64,000 bases of DNA from Alphaproteobacteria bacterium (GTDB lineage: Bacteria; Pseudomonadota; Alphaproteobacteria; UBA7985), in contig CBFIEF010000001.1 of assembly GCA_965661545.1 (NCBI GenBank), positions 27,250 to 91,249 of the forward strand. The letters are read 5' to 3'. Numbering within the stretch: position 1 is the stretch's first letter; each line of letters starts with the position of its first letter. The position numbers and the translations under genes are program-made. This document shows positions 30,759 to 41,620 of the stretch, in pieces. Below the pieces are notes generated by a model. That model was given only the letters and a program-made list of their open reading frames with translations. It was not told the DNA's origin and searched no databases.

Positions 30759-31760
30759 CTAGAGGCCGAGGTCAGCACGGAAGTAGGACAGCAGCGCGGT
30801 TAGGGTGAAAAAGGCGATGCTGGTCGAAACCAAAATCGCTGCTGACGCTTCGCTGGATCGCTTGCCGTAGGCTGTGGCCATGATAAAGGCGTTCGTTGCT
30901 GTGGGCGTCGCAGCCAGAATAACGCAGGTTGCGAAAACGGCGGGTTCCAGATTGAACAAAAACGCAGCCAGAAGCGCCGTGACGACAGGATGAACGACAA
31001 GCTTGAGCGTTCCTGTGGAGACCAGCAACGGTGCCGCTTCACGCATGTTGGAGATTGGGCGCAAGGCCATCCCAACACCGATGGAAAACAGCGCCACGCC
31101 AAAGGCGGTGGCAGACAGCATTTCGAGCGCTGGAAAGACAAAATCGACTGATGCGCTGAAAAATGGTGGCCAGTAGGGGCGCACGGCGCTCAGTGCGAAG
31201 CCGATGGCAAAGGGCCAAAGGAACGGATTGGTTGCGATGCTGCGCAGTGTTTTTCGGCCTGCGCGAAGGATTGACGCCACCGCGCTTCCACTGCCGTTTT
31301 CTGTGCGATCCTTATCAATTTCATGCAGCGCAAAGCCTGCGATCGAAATGATAATGATGTCGGCAGCCAGCAGTGAAAACGCGACAAAGATCCCCGGTCC
31401 GCCGAGCAGCTCGAGCGCCAGTGGGATCCCCATGTAGCCGGAATTGCCCCACGTGGATGTTGTTCCTAAGGCAGCAGTGTCGCCAAGGGAAAGCCGGAAC
31501 AGACCGCCGTGGATGATCCAGGAAAGCACGATGATCGTGGTGTTTGCGCCCATGAAGATCAGCAAGATCTGAACGTCAAAGCCGCTGAGAACGTCTTGTT
31601 CGAGCAGCTTGGAAAGGAACATGGCGGGCAGGGCAAAATACAGCAGGTAGTTGTTAAAAACCTTCGCCGAATCGAGTTTGAAAAACCCAAGTCTGCCAGC
31701 CAGATAACCCAGCATGATGACCATAAAGAAGGGGGCAACGATCCCAACCAACTCCAACAA
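30759..31760 (-). CDS. AEC-family (auxin efflux carrier) transporter
   Basis: A 10-TM profile with an N-terminal MLELVGIVAPFFMVIMLGYLAGR typical of the AEC family. Confidence 0.75.
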   Translation of the reverse strand: MLELVGIVAPFFMVIMLGYLAGRLGFFKLDSAKVFNNYLLYFALPAMFLSKLLEQDVLSGFDVQILLIFMGANTTIIVLSWIIHGGLFRLSLGDTAALGTTSTWGNSGYMGIPLALELLGGPGIFVAFSLLAADIIIISIAGFALHEIDKDRTENGSGSAVASILRAGRKTLRSIATNPFLWPFAIGFALSAVRPYWPPFFSASVDFVFPALEMLSATAFGVALFSIGVGMALRPISNMREAAPLLVSTGTLKLVVHPVVTALLAAFLFNLEPAVFATCVILAATPTATNAFIMATAYGKRSSEASAAILVSTSIAFFTLTALLSYFRADLGL

Positions 31761-31964
31761 TCGCCTAATCCTTAATTTGGTGAGACTAAAACGCTCTTTC
31801 GATCACCATGACGGCCCGCAGAGACTTCGGCAATTGTCGCTCGGTCGTTTTCAGACATGCGAAAGTCGTACCCGTGCCAACCGACCTTTGACCAATCGCT
31901 TAAACGGGAATTTATCTATAGATGTGCGCATTGCTTTTGACGCACCGGATTCAGGGAGACAACC

Positions 31965-32672
31965 ATGTCCGATGATGATCTTGATTTGAACGCCCTCAAC
32001 GATGACGAACTCGTCGAGCAGATGGGCGACGACCTCTACGATGGACTGAAAGAGGAAATCGAAGAGTCGACCCGAATCCTGTTGGACCGTGGTTGGACGC
32101 CATACGACGTACTGACCAAGTCATTGGTTGCCGGTATGACGGTTGTTGGCGAAGATTTCCGGGATGGCATCTTGTACGTTCCAGAGGTCTTGATGGCGGC
32201 AAACGCGATGAAGGCTGGCATGACGATCCTGAAGCCGCTTCTGGCCGAAACTGGCGCCCCGCGTATCGGCTCGATGGTGATTGGGACCGTAAAGGGCGAC
32301 ATCCATGACATCGGCAAGAACCTTGTTTCCATGATGATGGAAGGCGCTGGGTTTGAGGTTGTGGACATCGGCATTAATAACCCGGTTGAGAACTACCTTG
32401 ACGCTATCGAAGAGCATAAGCCTGACATCCTCGGCATGTCCGCGCTGCTAACCACGACCATGCCTTACATGAAGGTCGTGATCGAGACGCTGGTCGAGAA
32501 GGGCATGCGCGACGACTACATCGTCTTGGTCGGCGGTGCGCCGCTGAACGAAGCCTTTGCTGAGAGCATCGGTGCGGATGGCTACTGCCGTGACGCTGCT
32601 GTTGCCGTTGAAACTGCCAAGGATTTTGTGGCCCGTCGCCACAACATGATTGGTGCCCGAGCAAACGCCTAA
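31965..32672 (+). CDS. Cobalamin-binding corrinoid protein (B12-binding_2 cap plus a Rossmann B12 domain)
   Basis: The DxHxxG motif (GDIHDIGKN), S-x-L and GG signatures are present. Family resemblance is to MtaC/MtbC/MtgC corrinoid proteins. Confidence 0.75.
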   Translation: MSDDDLDLNALNDDELVEQMGDDLYDGLKEEIEESTRILLDRGWTPYDVLTKSLVAGMTVVGEDFRDGILYVPEVLMAANAMKAGMTILKPLLAETGAPRIGSMVIGTVKGDIHDIGKNLVSMMMEGAGFEVVDIGINNPVENYLDAIEEHKPDILGMSALLTTTMPYMKVVIETLVEKGMRDDYIVLVGGAPLNEAFAESIGADGYCRDAAVAVETAKDFVARRHNMIGARANA

Positions 32673-33393
32673 ACCCACGAATGCCCCCGCCCGACGGACA
32701 CGGTCCGGCGGGCGTGCGGGCCGTGCAGAGCGCGACCAAGGTCGCCGCGCAGTTCCCAGCATCGAAGCCCGTGATGGGGCCGCTGGGTTTCAGCATCCTG
32801 AAAAACCCCTCATTATCATTTGCGGCGCATTAGGGGCGGAAACCAAAGCGGTTTTGGCCGCTGCGGGCTTGTCTGACGCCTTTGAGATCACGGCACTGCC
32901 AGCCATCTGGCACAACTTCCCAGACCGGATTCCAGCGGGTGTTGAAACCAAAGCCGTTCAAGCTCGAAAAGACCGCGCTGACCGCCCCATCTTTGTTGGT
33001 TATGCCGATTGCGGCACAGGCGGGCTGTTGGACGAGGTGTGCGATCGGTTGAACCTGACCCGAATCGCAGGTCCACATTGCTACTCATTTTTTGCTGGAG
33101 AAGCGGAATTCAACGCACTGGCAGAGGAAGAGCTGGGCACGTTCTACCTTACGGATTTTCTTGCCCGCCATTTTCAGACATTGATCTGGGAAGGCATGGG
33201 GCTGGAGGGAAACCCTGACATGCTTGGAACCATGTTCGGCGGGTACAAACGTCTGATCTATCTTGCCCAAACAGACGATAGCGCTTTGACCGACCTCGCA
33301 CGCGGCGCTGCGGCGAAGCTGGAGCTGGACTTCGACCGAGTCTTTACAGGTTATGGCGAACTTGGGGACTTTGTCGCCGCGGCGGCTCCCTAA
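32650..33393 (+). CDS. DUF1638-domain protein, the usual partner of corrinoid proteins. The start codon is uncertain (TTG at 32650 or GTG at 32653). It overlaps the upstream gene.
   Basis: PLIIICGALGAE...GYADCGTGG... matches the DUF1638 pattern. No in-frame ATG is present near the N-terminus. Confidence 0.6.
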   Translation: MVPEQTPKPTNAPARRTRSGGRAGRAERDQGRRAVPSIEARDGAAGFQHPEKPLIIICGALGAETKAVLAAAGLSDAFEITALPAIWHNFPDRIPAGVETKAVQARKDRADRPIFVGYADCGTGGLLDEVCDRLNLTRIAGPHCYSFFAGEAEFNALAEEELGTFYLTDFLARHFQTLIWEGMGLEGNPDMLGTMFGGYKRLIYLAQTDDSALTDLARGAAAKLELDFDRVFTGYGELGDFVAAAAP

Positions 33394-33481
33394 CGAGAGT
33401 GCTGTGCTGTCCTTGCAATCAGGCAGGGCGAGGGTTACATCATGAAGGGTAAGGCTCGGACGCGGGTGTCCCTGAGCTTAG

Positions 33482-34570
<1,089 letters not shown>

Positions 34571-34725
34571 ACACCAGTTTTATTGACGATTCGGCCCGAT
34601 TCGCTTACTAGATTCAGGGATAAGTGCGGCTCGCCGTAGTGTCTCCTTGATGCTGGGTTAAACACGGCCCAAGCACCTTGAGAACGGGTGCTTCGCGCAC
34701 ACACTTTTGGGAACTGGTACCAGAC

Positions 34726-35721
34726 ATGGCCCGTCGCCGCCGCAACATATCGGTCGCGGTCAGCCCGCTTATGGCGTGGTTGCAGCGTTTTGCTGTGTTC
34801 CTGCTCATCATTGTTGCGGTTGGGATGTTGGTTTGGAACCGCATGGACGCGCGCTTTGGCTCCAACGCCCGAATGTTGGTCGCCGATGTGATGTCGCCGC
34901 TGCTGAACGTATTCAGTCAGTCCAGTGCTTCTGTCTCTCAAGTCACCGAGCGCTTTCGCACCTATGAAGAATTGGCCGATGAGAACAATCGGCTCAAACA
35001 AGAAATCCGCATTCTGAATGCTAAGGCGCAGACGCTTGATGAGCTGCTGGCTGAGAACGATCGGCTGCGGATGATGCTGCCGATCCGCTACAAGACCGCG
35101 GCGGCAGAGCAGTGGAACTGGACCCGCGCGCTGGAAACCGGGCGTGATATTGGCGAGACTAAGCGGATGATGGCTTTTGTCGTCGCAGACCATTCGCGGC
35201 GCTATTCCCGGTCGGTCCTGATCAACTTGGGGCGCAACGAGTCTGTGCGTCAGGGGTTGGCGGTTGTGAATGATCAAGGCTTGGTGGGGCGGGTTCGGGA
35301 AGTTGGTGCAGCGGCGGCACGTGTGCTGCTGATTACCGATCCAAACTCGCAAATTCCGGTCATTATCGAGCGCGCTGAACTGAACGCCTTTGTACGCGGT
35401 ACCCGAGATTCAGGCTTTGACCTCGAAACTGGATTGCCCTTCGATTATCTGCGGGTTGAGCAGGACTTCATGTTGCCCCAAGACTTGGAGAAAATCCAAG
35501 TTGGCGACCGCGTGATCACCAGCGGAGCGGATGGGGTATTCCCACCCGGACTGCTGATTGGGTTTATTTCCGAAATCACCCCCGCCGAAGCGCGTATTCG
35601 CCCGACTGTGGACTTTGACCAGCTGTCCAATGTTCTGGTGGTCGATTACCCAGGCGTCGATATCAATGCGGACCTGATTGCTGCTGGGGCGGTGGGGCTG
35701 CAAGGCTTGGGCGAGAACTAG
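34726..35721 (+). CDS. mreC: Rod-shape-determining protein MreC
   Basis: TM helix, a coiled-coil and the MreC beta domain. ATG at 34726. Confidence 0.8.
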   Translation: MARRRRNISVAVSPLMAWLQRFAVFLLIIVAVGMLVWNRMDARFGSNARMLVADVMSPLLNVFSQSSASVSQVTERFRTYEELADENNRLKQEIRILNAKAQTLDELLAENDRLRMMLPIRYKTAAAEQWNWTRALETGRDIGETKRMMAFVVADHSRRYSRSVLINLGRNESVRQGLAVVNDQGLVGRVREVGAAAARVLLITDPNSQIPVIIERAELNAFVRGTRDSGFDLETGLPFDYLRVEQDFMLPQDLEKIQVGDRVITSGADGVFPPGLLIGFISEITPAEARIRPTVDFDQLSNVLVVDYPGVDINADLIAAGAVGLQGLGEN

Positions 35722-35724
35722 GCC

Positions 35725-36291
35725 ATGCAGACCATTTTGCTCGTTCTGGATATTTTGTTGGGCGGGGTGTTACGACGCATTCGGATTGCTGTGCCAGTTT
35801 TGGTGTTTCTGATCTTTTTGGCTTTGGACGCGTCTGCGCTGGGCCTTGGGCGCGGCATCGCGTTTCTGCCCGATTTGGCCTTTGCGACCGTCCTGTTCTG
35901 GATGATCCGTCACCCCAGCATCATGCCTATTCCGCTGGTTTTCGTCATTGGCTTTTGGACTGACGCCATGAACGGCTCCCACATGGGGTTGTCGATTATT
36001 GCTTACCTCACTGTGTTCTACATGATCGGGTCGTTTCGAGCCGATGTTGAAGGGTCAGGCTTCTTGTTCCATTGGGGTGCAGCGGTGACGGGCATTGTGG
36101 TGTATTTCGCGATCCAATGGACCTTTTACTCAGCCTATGAGCTGGAAGTCACAGCGCCGTTTCAGAACATGATCCGCGCCAGTGTGACCGCGCTTCTCTA
36201 CCCGTTTGTTTACGTGTTCAACAATATGTTGCGCACATTCTTGTGGCGTGGAGCGCTGCAGACGGAGGAACGCTACTTTGACGGCGCGTGA
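35725..36291 (+). CDS. mreD: Rod-shape-determining protein MreD
   Basis: A small polytopic membrane protein that follows mreC by 3 nt. Confidence 0.75.
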   Translation: MQTILLVLDILLGGVLRRIRIAVPVLVFLIFLALDASALGLGRGIAFLPDLAFATVLFWMIRHPSIMPIPLVFVIGFWTDAMNGSHMGLSIIAYLTVFYMIGSFRADVEGSGFLFHWGAAVTGIVVYFAIQWTFYSAYELEVTAPFQNMIRASVTALLYPFVYVFNNMLRTFLWRGALQTEERYFDGA

Positions 36292-38452
36292 TGGGAAAAA
36301 GCGGGAGTCCGGCTTTACCCGCCGGCTGGTGCTCGCGGCGACCATTCAGGGCGCGGCGCTGGCTGCGCTGGGCTATCGGCTGTATTCGCTGCAAGTGCCT
36401 CGACAGGACGATTTCCTCGCCGATAGTTTTGATATTCGCACGGTCACCCGCTACGACGCCCCCACGCGCGGGATCATCTTGGATCGCTTTGGCCGGCAAC
36501 TGGCCGGGAATGAGCAAAGCTACAACCTGATGTTCTATCCCGAACGTAAGGCCAAACGGATCGAGACCAACGACACCGCCATCGTCCGACGCGCCGCAGC
36601 GCTGATCCAAGCCAGCCCGTTCCTGACAGAGCGGATGATCGAGCAGTTAGACATCGGTCAGGACGTTATCGCGGGCGAAGGTCGTTTGCTGTCTGAGATT
36701 ACGGCCGAAGACTTTGATTTGATTGCTGAAGTCGGGCCGGGCCGTTGGCCGGGGTTTGGCGCGATTGAGCGGTTTGGGCGCTATGGCTTAACCTACAAAG
36801 TGGTTTCCAGCCGGGCTAAGGACGAAGCACGGGCAATCGAAGAGATCTTCAGCATCCTGCCGCTGAGTCCTGAGCAGCAGCGCACCATAAATCGGCGGAT
36901 TGTCGAGGCAAAGCAGATCAACGCCGAGGGCGGTGTGTTGCTGGCCGAAGACCTCTCATGGGGGCAGGTGGCACAGTTGAAGGCGCGCGCACTGGATTTG
37001 CCGGGGGCGGAGATCGATGTGGCTGAGAAGCGCTTCTACCACTACCCCGGCACCGCAGCGCACGCGCTGGGCTATGTCAGCCAAGTTCAGCCACAAGACC
37101 TGATCGGTGACGAGGACCGCATGCTGCGCCGTCCCAACGCCAAGATTGGCCGCAAGGGCATTGAGCGCACCATGGAAAAGTCACTGCGCGGGCGCGCGGG
37201 GCGACGGATCATGGAAATCAACGCCTTTGGTCAAGAGCAGCGCGTGGTCTCACGCGTGCCGCCGATCCCGGGCCGGGTGATCCGATCCACCATCGACTTG
37301 GGCCTGCAGACCTACGCCGAACAACGGCTGGCCGAGCAGCCAATCTCGGAAACTGAGATGATCCGCGCGGGCGCAGCGGTGGTGATGAAGGTGGATACGG
37401 GCGAAGTGCTTGCCATGGCTTCTCACCCAACCTTTGACCAATCTATCTTTACCAGCCGGATTTCGAATACGGTGTGGAATGAGTTGATCAACGATGAGCA
37501 CAAGCCGTTGGTGAACAAAAGCGCAGCCGAGCACTATCCGCCGGGGTCTACCTACAAAATGGTGACCATGCTTGCGGCTCTTGAATCCGGGATTGACCCG
37601 CGCGAGCAAGTGACCTGCGCAGGCAAAACCCAAGTGGGGCCCCAGACCTTTTATTGCTGGAAACGCGATGGCCATGGCCGGGTTGGTATGGAGTCCGCGC
37701 TCGTTCAGTCGTGTGACACCTGGTACTACGAGATGAGCCAGCGGATCGGTCCGGAGAAGATGTCTGAAGTCGCGGCCCGCTTGGGCTTTGGCGACCGATT
37801 GATGATCGATGTTGCTGGCGAAACGCGCGGTGTGGTTCCGAATGAAAATTGGAAGCGGAATTCGCTGGGCCAGAGCTGGTTTGATGGCGATACGGTTCAG
37901 GCGAGTATCGGGCAGGGCTACGTGCTGACAACGCCGCTGCAGCTGGCCACCATGACCGCCCGGATTGCCAATGGCGGGCGCGCGGTTCGTCCCCATTTGA
38001 TCGTCCCTGACTTGCCCTATCCCGCCGAGGATTTGGGCTTCAAGCCGGAGCATCTGGAGATCGTGCGCGGTGCTATGAACCGCGTGACCAATACAGATGA
38101 AGGCACGGCCTATCGCTATACGCAGGTAGAAGAGCCCGCGCTGCAGATAGCGGGCAAAACTGGCACGGCGCAGGTTGCTCGCCTGTCCGTCGGCGAGCGG
38201 TTGCGCATGCTCAATGATGTCCGCTCGCTCGATTACAACCGCCGAAACCATGCGCTGTTCGTGGGCTACGGCCCGTTGAAGCGCCCGCGCTATGCCTGTG
38301 CCGTCATCATTGAACACGGCGACAGCGGGGGGCGATCGGCGGGACCGGTGGTGCTGGACCTGTTACAGGCGGCGATTGTCGGGAATTCTGGCGGCCAGCC
38401 AAACATGGTGAACGACCGCTATAACTTGGTGGGTCGCAATGATGAGGCATGA
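36278..38452 (+). CDS. mrdA: Penicillin-binding protein 2 (elongasome transpeptidase). The start is uncertain (TTG at 36278, or the ORF start at 36206).
   Basis: A PBP dimerisation domain plus a transpeptidase with the SxxK, SxN and KTG motifs. No in-frame ATG lies near the TM segment. It overlaps the 3' end of mreD. Confidence 0.85.
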   Translation: MTARDGKKRESGFTRRLVLAATIQGAALAALGYRLYSLQVPRQDDFLADSFDIRTVTRYDAPTRGIILDRFGRQLAGNEQSYNLMFYPERKAKRIETNDTAIVRRAAALIQASPFLTERMIEQLDIGQDVIAGEGRLLSEITAEDFDLIAEVGPGRWPGFGAIERFGRYGLTYKVVSSRAKDEARAIEEIFSILPLSPEQQRTINRRIVEAKQINAEGGVLLAEDLSWGQVAQLKARALDLPGAEIDVAEKRFYHYPGTAAHALGYVSQVQPQDLIGDEDRMLRRPNAKIGRKGIERTMEKSLRGRAGRRIMEINAFGQEQRVVSRVPPIPGRVIRSTIDLGLQTYAEQRLAEQPISETEMIRAGAAVVMKVDTGEVLAMASHPTFDQSIFTSRISNTVWNELINDEHKPLVNKSAAEHYPPGSTYKMVTMLAALESGIDPREQVTCAGKTQVGPQTFYCWKRDGHGRVGMESALVQSCDTWYYEMSQRIGPEKMSEVAARLGFGDRLMIDVAGETRGVVPNENWKRNSLGQSWFDGDTVQASIGQGYVLTTPLQLATMTARIANGGRAVRPHLIVPDLPYPAEDLGFKPEHLEIVRGAMNRVTNTDEGTAYRYTQVEEPALQIAGKTGTAQVARLSVGERLRMLNDVRSLDYNRRNHALFVGYGPLKRPRYACAVIIEHGDSGGRSAGPVVLDLLQAAIVGNSGGQPNMVNDRYNLVGRNDEA

Positions 38453-38455
38453 CCG

Positions 38456-39634
38456 TTGACGTCGACGCTTGACCAATCCGATACCCGCCGGATCCAGCTT
38501 TCGCTGCTGGATCGGGTTTCCAGTGTGCCTTGGCCCCTGCTGATCTTGGTTATCATCCTGTCGAGTATTGGGGTCGCGATGCAGTATTCGGCGGGAGGTT
38601 TGGCGTGGGAGCCCTTTGCCGGGATTCACGTGCTGCGGCTGGCGCTGTTCTTTGCGCTCGCTGTGATTGCCGGGCTGGTGGATATCCGCGTGTGGTATCG
38701 GGTGGCCTATATCGTCTTTTTCGTGACCATGGTTATGCTGATCGCCGTGCCGTTTATCGGCGATGAGTTCAACAACGCCAAGCGCTGGATCGACTTGCGG
38801 GTCATGACGCTGCAGCCCTCGGAGTTGGTGCAAATCGGTCTGATCATGACCCTGGCCCGGTACTTGAACAATGCCAGTTGGGAAGAGTTGGGAAACCCGT
38901 TTGACCTGATCTTCCCCTTGGCGCTGGCAGCGGTTCCAACCTACCTGATCATGGAACAACCGGATTTGGGGACATCGCTCAAGCTGTTAGCCTGTGTGGG
39001 CGTGGTGCTGTTTTTGGCGGGGCTGCGCTGGTGGTTGGTGATGATCGGCGTCGGGGCGGTCATTGCGGCCAGTTATTGGTTTGTTGACCGGTGCCTGAGC
39101 AATGGCTTTGAGGCGGCGGGCTATCAGTGTCGTCGCGTGCTTGTGCTTTTTGACGATGAACTGGATCTGGCCGGCGCGGGCTATCACATCAACCAGGCCA
39201 AGATTGCGATTGGTTCTGGCGGTGTTGAGGGGCAGGGCTTTGGGCAGGGGCAGCACAACCAGCTGGGCTTTACCCCGGAAAACAATACCGACTTCGTCTG
39301 GTCTTTGCTGGCCGAGGAATTTGGCTTTATCGGCTGTATGGTGGTGCTGTTCTTGTTCTCGCTGCTGTTGCTGTACGGGGTCGTGACGGCCCTGCGCGCG
39401 CGCAGCCAGTTTGGGCGACTCCTTGCCGCGACGCTGACGGCAAACCTGTTTTTCTACATTGTGATTAACATTGGTATGAACATGGGCTTACTGCCCGTCG
39501 TTGGAATGCCGCTGCCTTTCCTGTCATATGGGGGTTCGGCCATGCTGGCGACCATGGGATCGGTTGCTTTGCTGACGTCGATCTGGATTCATGCTGACGT
39601 ACCCGTGGGCGAAGAAGGAAAACGATCGCGATGA
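38456..39634 (+). CDS. rodA: Peptidoglycan glycosyltransferase RodA (SEDS family)
   Basis: FtsW/RodA/SpoVE family with 10 TM segments. The apparent start is the TTG at 38456. Confidence 0.85.
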   Translation: MTSTLDQSDTRRIQLSLLDRVSSVPWPLLILVIILSSIGVAMQYSAGGLAWEPFAGIHVLRLALFFALAVIAGLVDIRVWYRVAYIVFFVTMVMLIAVPFIGDEFNNAKRWIDLRVMTLQPSELVQIGLIMTLARYLNNASWEELGNPFDLIFPLALAAVPTYLIMEQPDLGTSLKLLACVGVVLFLAGLRWWLVMIGVGAVIAASYWFVDRCLSNGFEAAGYQCRRVLVLFDDELDLAGAGYHINQAKIAIGSGGVEGQGFGQGQHNQLGFTPENNTDFVWSLLAEEFGFIGCMVVLFLFSLLLLYGVVTALRARSQFGRLLAATLTANLFFYIVINIGMNMGLLPVVGMPLPFLSYGGSAMLATMGSVALLTSIWIHADVPVGEEGKRSR

Positions 39635-40107
39635 CTGTGAACAAAGACGACATCAAAGCGGACATGCTGAGTAAAGTCGGCACCGAGATTGCTGTGACCG
39701 ACTGGGTGTTGGTGGACCAGCAGCGCATTCAGGATTTCGCTGATGCGACGCTGGATCAGCAGTGGATCCATACCAACCCAGAAATGGCCGCCAGGGGCCC
39801 CTTTGGTGGTCCAATTGCGCATGGCCTGCTGACATTATCGCTGTTGCCGCACTTCAGCTATCAAGTGAAATGGCCCCATAAGCCGCAGTTGAGCGTCAAC
39901 TATGGCTACAACAAAGTCCGCTTTACGGCACCGCTGCCTGCTGGCTCTCAAGTGCGGTCACGCCAGACACTGGAAAGTGTGGAAGACCGTGCGGATGGTG
40001 GCTTTACCCTCATTACGACCCATCGCATCGAGCGCGAAGGCGACCTGCTGGAAAACGGTGGCCGTCCCATCGTCGTCGCAGAAGCCGTCGGCCTGGTCTA
40101 TTATTAA
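39631..40107 (+). CDS. MaoC-like (R)-specific enoyl-CoA hydratase / dehydratase
   Basis: Hot-dog fold motifs (FADATLDQQWIHTNPE...GGPIAHG). ATG overlaps the rodA stop as ATGA. Confidence 0.75.
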   Translation: MTVNKDDIKADMLSKVGTEIAVTDWVLVDQQRIQDFADATLDQQWIHTNPEMAARGPFGGPIAHGLLTLSLLPHFSYQVKWPHKPQLSVNYGYNKVRFTAPLPAGSQVRSRQTLESVEDRADGGFTLITTHRIEREGDLLENGGRPIVVAEAVGLVYY

Positions 40108-40128
40108 GAGCAAGGGCGCCTGACCAAA

Positions 40129-40160
40129 CGGAAAGGGGCCTTGCGGCCCCTTACTCTTTG
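40129..40160. terminator. Bidirectional intrinsic terminator between the convergent maoC-like and helicase genes
   Basis: GGGGCC-TTGC-GGCCCC, flanked by an A-rich stretch upstream and TTACTCTTT downstream. Confidence 0.65.
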
Positions 40161-40210
40161 CGTTCGTTTCTTGTCTTGGGTCAGACACCAGCCCGACCCG
40201 TGCCGCTGCC

Positions 40211-41470
40211 TTAGGCCGCTCGCAAAATGAACGCTGGAATATGCTGTTCGAAGCACTTTTGCGCTGCCTTGATGGTTTTGGCATCAACGCCTCGAGCCTT
40301 AGCTTCTTCGATCACTGACTGCAGGACAGCTTCTTCCTGCTTCTTCTGCACCGTGCCGAGATCGTAGGATTTAATCTCTTTCTTGGTCAGATCAACAATC
40401 GCATCCACGAGCTTTTTATCGCGTGAGGTTGCAATCATAAACGCGCGGCCCTTACGACCTGCGCGACCTGTGCGGCCAATGCGGTGCACGTAGTCTTCGG
40501 CGTTGAACGGCACATCGAAGTTGATCACGTGCGTGATGTGATCGATGTCGATCCCGCGCGCGGCAACGTCGGAGCACACAAGGATGCTCAGACTTTCCGT
40601 GCGGAAGGCCTCTAACGTTTCCATGCGCTTGGGCTGGCTGAGATCGCCGTGCATGGGTGCGGCGGTAAAGCCGGCTTTGCGCAGTGTATCCACAACCGTA
40701 GAGATATCGCGCTTGCGGTTACAAAACACGATGGAAGACTTTGGCTTTTCAGCCTGAACAATCGCGCGGAGCGTCGACTGCTTTTCTTTCTCATCGCTGG
40801 ACACCAAAAACGCTTCAACCGTCGTCGCGGTGGACGAGGCCCGTGCGACTTCGATTTCTTTGGGGTTGCGCAGGAACTTGTCCGCCAGCTTGCGGATCGG
40901 TGGGGCCATCGTTGCAGAGAACATCAGCGTCTGTCGCTTCGCCGGCAAGCGGCCTACGATCGTCTCGATGTCCGGGATGAAACCCATATCCAGCATGCGG
41001 TCGGCTTCATCGATCACCAGAACCGACACGTCCATCGGCATAACCGATCCTCGCTCGATCAAATCGAGCAGTCGGCCCGGTGTTGCGATCAGCACGTCAA
41101 CGCCGCGCGTCAGGATCGCTTCCTGTTCTTTCATGGACTCGCCGCCAATCAGCAAAGCCATGGAAAGCTGGTGGTTGGTGCCGTACATTTCGAAGTTCTC
41201 AGCGATCTGAGCGGCTAGCTCCCGCGTTGGCGACAAAATCAGCGATCGGGGCATGCGTGCTCGCGCCTGACCCTCGGCCAGAATGTCGATCATCGGGAGT
41301 GTAAAACCAGCTGTCTTACCAGTACCGGTTTGAGCAACGCCAAGGACGTCGCGGCCCATCAAAACAGCCGGAATAGCGGCTTTTTGAATAGGGGTAGGGG
41401 TTTGATACCCCATAGAGGCTACAGCCTGCTGCAGGCCTTCGGAGAGGCCTAAATCTGCAAATTCATTCAT
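40211..41470 (-). CDS. DEAD-box ATP-dependent RNA helicase
   Basis: Q-motif, AQTGTGKT, DEAD (VIDEADRM), SAT and HRIGRTGRAG motifs. Confidence 0.88.
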   Translation of the reverse strand: MNEFADLGLSEGLQQAVASMGYQTPTPIQKAAIPAVLMGRDVLGVAQTGTGKTAGFTLPMIDILAEGQARARMPRSLILSPTRELAAQIAENFEMYGTNHQLSMALLIGGESMKEQEAILTRGVDVLIATPGRLLDLIERGSVMPMDVSVLVIDEADRMLDMGFIPDIETIVGRLPAKRQTLMFSATMAPPIRKLADKFLRNPKEIEVARASSTATTVEAFLVSSDEKEKQSTLRAIVQAEKPKSSIVFCNRKRDISTVVDTLRKAGFTAAPMHGDLSQPKRMETLEAFRTESLSILVCSDVAARGIDIDHITHVINFDVPFNAEDYVHRIGRTGRAGRKGRAFMIATSRDKKLVDAIVDLTKKEIKSYDLGTVQKKQEEAVLQSVIEEAKARGVDAKTIKAAQKCFEQHIPAFILRAA

Positions 41471-41620
41471 GAAGGGAGGGTTGCCAAAAAGGCCCTAAAC
41501 CGTGATGGATCCGTCGTGGTAAATGAAATCTCGATAGGAGTGTCGCGGATCAACGGGGACACACCTAAACCAGTCACAGCTATATACGTTTTTCTGCCTA
41601 ATTTCGCAAGGTAAGCCAGC

